Shown here: in pieces, positions 50,542-53,214 of the stretch
Layout: every line of letters begins with the position of its first letter
How positions within the stretch are numbered: the stretch's first letter is position 1
DNA from: Octopus bimaculoides
Taxonomy: Eukaryota
Assembly: GCF_001194135.2 (NCBI RefSeq)
Contig: NC_068984.1
Location: 77,038,786-77,091,999 of the forward strand
Reading direction: 5' to 3'
Length of the DNA stretch: 53,214 bases
The notes under the pieces: generated by a model
Told to the model about the DNA's origin: nothing
Database searches by the model: none
Seen by the model: only the letters and a program-made list of their open reading frames with translations
Translations under genes and position numbers: made by a program

Positions 50542-51257
50542 NNNNNNNNNNNNNNNNNNNNNNNNNNNNNNNNNNNNNNNNNNNNNNNNNNNNNNNNNNN
50601 NNNNNNNNNNNNNNNNNNNNNNNNNNNNNNNNNNNNNNNNNNNNNNNNNNNNNNNNNNNNNNNNNNNNNNNNNNNNNNNNNNNNNNNNNNNNNNNNNNNN
50701 NNNNNNNNNNNNNNNNNNNNNNNNNNNNNNNNNNNNNNNNNNNNNNNNNNNNNNNNNNNNNNNNNNNNNNNNNNNNNNNNNNNNNNNNNNNNNNNNNNNN
50801 NNNNNNNNNNNNNNNNNNNNNNNNNNNNNNNNNNNNNNNNNNNNNNNNNNNNNNNNNNNNNNNNNNNNNNNNNNNNNNNNNNNNNNNNNNNNNNNNNNNN
50901 NNNNNNNNATGTGTGTGTGTGTGTGTGTGTGTAACATATTGTAGAATATAAAAAATGATCATGTAATAAAATATCTTGGGAGATTGGTATATGGAATTAT
51001 AAATAAGAATGATCTCTAATGAAAGAGATAAAATACGATATGTAATGAAAATATATATGAAATACATTCACACATACATAAAAATAAACAGAGGGGAAAC
51101 AATAAAAATATTGGGATAATCACCCTTGAATGTATTTGTTATTTTTGTGGTATTAAAAGTGTTACAGTTGCTTATATTGTTACCTTAATTATCGAGACAC
51201 TTTCAATGCGCACAAACATAACTATAGGAAATGAAGCCATATAGTCTCATACGTTTG

Positions 51258-51476
51258 CCATAGAATATTGGTTTCAAATTTTGGCTCAAGCTCAGCAAGT
51301 CCTTGTGTGGGAGTAGGAAGATTACATCCACCCCAGTGCTCAACTGGTACTTATTTTATCGAGCCCGAAGTATGAAAAGCAAAGTCATCTTGGACTTTGT
51401 ACTCAGAATGTAAAGATGGACAAAATACCGTTAAGCATTTTGCCCGTTTTGCTAACGATTCTATTAGCTCGCCACC
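51258..51476 (-). mobile_element. Near full-length SINE family B
   Basis: ggtttcaaattttggc..ccccagtgctcaactggtacttattttatcg..gcaaagtc..actcagaatgtaaag..gctaacgattct..agctcgccacc (tRNA-like head at the right end). Confidence 0.8.
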
Positions 51477-52507
51477 CACGTTTGTTATAAAATATTAATA
51501 TTCCATCAAGGAATACATGCATACATACACACACACACGTACACAGACATACACACACATAAATTATACATGTATCTCTCTCTATATATATGTATTTATA
51601 TATGTGTACATATGTGTGTGTGTCTCTGTGTGTATACATACATAGAATAAAAGTTTGAAGCGTTTATTTTCTTATTAGTCAAAAAGGAATATTCAAATAT
51701 GATTCAGAAAACATTTAAAACACTGTAAAACGTCTGAAATAATTTTGAATGAGCTTAAAACACAACTAGCATTGTATTTTCTACCAACTGCCAGAATTTG
51801 GGTGGCATGGAAACTTATATAAACTTGAAAGACCACAATAAAATAATAACCTTTTCATGAATACCACGTGTGAGCTAGTAAATTCACTAAAGAGTGAAAT
51901 ACGAAAATTTAGAAAACTTATTTTACGTTTCATTAATTAAAAGGAATCTAAGCAACTGGTCTTCTTTTATAAAATAAAAGCGCACCAGTAATCATGTTGA
52001 TTTATAAAATACAGAATAACCAAAATTTCATATTAACCTAGTTTTCTATAAGTGAGTTTTATCATTTTATTACAATTGTGTCGAAAATCTTCAGCTGTAG
52101 CTAGTTTATTGCTGTGGGTATTTGACAGCATGGATGTTTGAGAGAGATTAATTCTTTATATACTAGACTAGCTAAAAAAAAATCTCGTTTAGAATTAAGC
52201 CTGTATAGAGAAGATAGTCGAATCATATTTCCTCTCTCTAATGACAACCACCTAGATATATTCAAAGAGGACTTAATACGTACCTTGAGAGAATATTAGC
52301 CTCAAATCACTAATATTAAGTTTTTTAATACTTTTATCACCAATTCAAACCTAAACAAAAGCAAATATATCTCTATACTGAAAACCGAATGAAGGCCCCC
52401 ATATTTAAATGAGTGAACCAGTTATGTTCCCATAGTATTATAAAACCTTGTTCGTAACAATCAGCAGCTGGATTTCCAGTATGCTGTCTGCAGTGGAGTC
52501 CTTCAAT

Positions 52508-52635
52508 AGTGGCTCGCTAACAAAACCGCTGGAGCTTCAGAGAAATTCCTGTGCACATTTAGATATGGTCTTTTACGTTTCGAAATGGAATTCAGCCGAG
52601 GTCCACTTTGTCTGTTATTCTTCTGGGGTATAAAG
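52508..52635 (+). mobile_element. Decayed SINE family B head
   Basis: tcttttacgttt...aattcagccgaggtccactttgtct..tcttctgggg. Confidence 0.4.
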
Positions 52636-52862
52636 AATGTAATGCCATCAAGAACTAGTGTCTATAACATCGACTGTTATATCTCCCGACCACCAAAGTT
52701 TTGGCTTTGCGAATAAGCTATGCATTATAACCACCTTATTTAAAGACGAAATACAATATATAATAGAAAATTTACATTTTGACAACTGATAGAAAACGCC
52801 TGAGTTATCAAACTTTCCAAATCAAGAACGTAATACAATTCCAACAAATACACACTTACTCA

Positions 52863-52893
<31 letters not shown>

Positions 52894-53173
52894 GACACAG
52901 ACACAGACACACACACACATACACACACACACACACACACACAAACACAAACACACACACATGCAACTAGTAAACAAAAGGTAATCAAAAGCGATTGGAT
53001 GATTCAGAGCATCACTGCAATAACGTTTCAACAGCGTATTTTATTCCAAAATACGGAGTCAATTACATAGCATAATTAAATGATATTATTTAAATTCGCA
53101 TTGTTACGTAACTAGTCCATTTCATCAGGTGATGTTCTACCGAACATGCATACATAATGTGATAATGTGTGTA

Positions 53174-53214
<41 letters not shown>

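Overview
AT-rich, gapped eukaryotic genomic DNA made up mostly of microsatellites and decayed transposons. The SINE and repeat content strongly suggests an octopus (coleoid cephalopod) draft scaffold; this is inference. No intact known protein-coding gene and no CRISPR array was found. Contents: (1) many tRNA-derived SINE copies from at least 4 families, one nearly intact with a 12-bp TSD; (2) a decayed Penelope-like element (PLE; RT + GIY-YIG) at 4.3-7.8 kb and a second PLE endonuclease fragment at 36.6-36.9 kb; (3) R4/Dong-type RLE retrotransposon 3' ends, RTE-type LINE 3' ends, mariner and maT (DD37D) transposase relics and a mariner-type MITE; (4) several weakly supported splice-bounded exon candidates, mostly on the minus strand. 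The most notable signal is five sequence-unrelated foldback (palindromic) elements of about 0.3-0.94 kb. Their arms carry intact or decayed PLE-type minimal hammerhead ribozyme motifs. In one (3286-3747) each arm is a tRNA-like Pol III head, an (AAT)n tract and a hammerhead, arranged head-to-head. PLE hammerheads are known; whether these foldback derivatives are described could not be checked. All alignments and folds were done by eye, and the boundaries of decayed elements are approximate.
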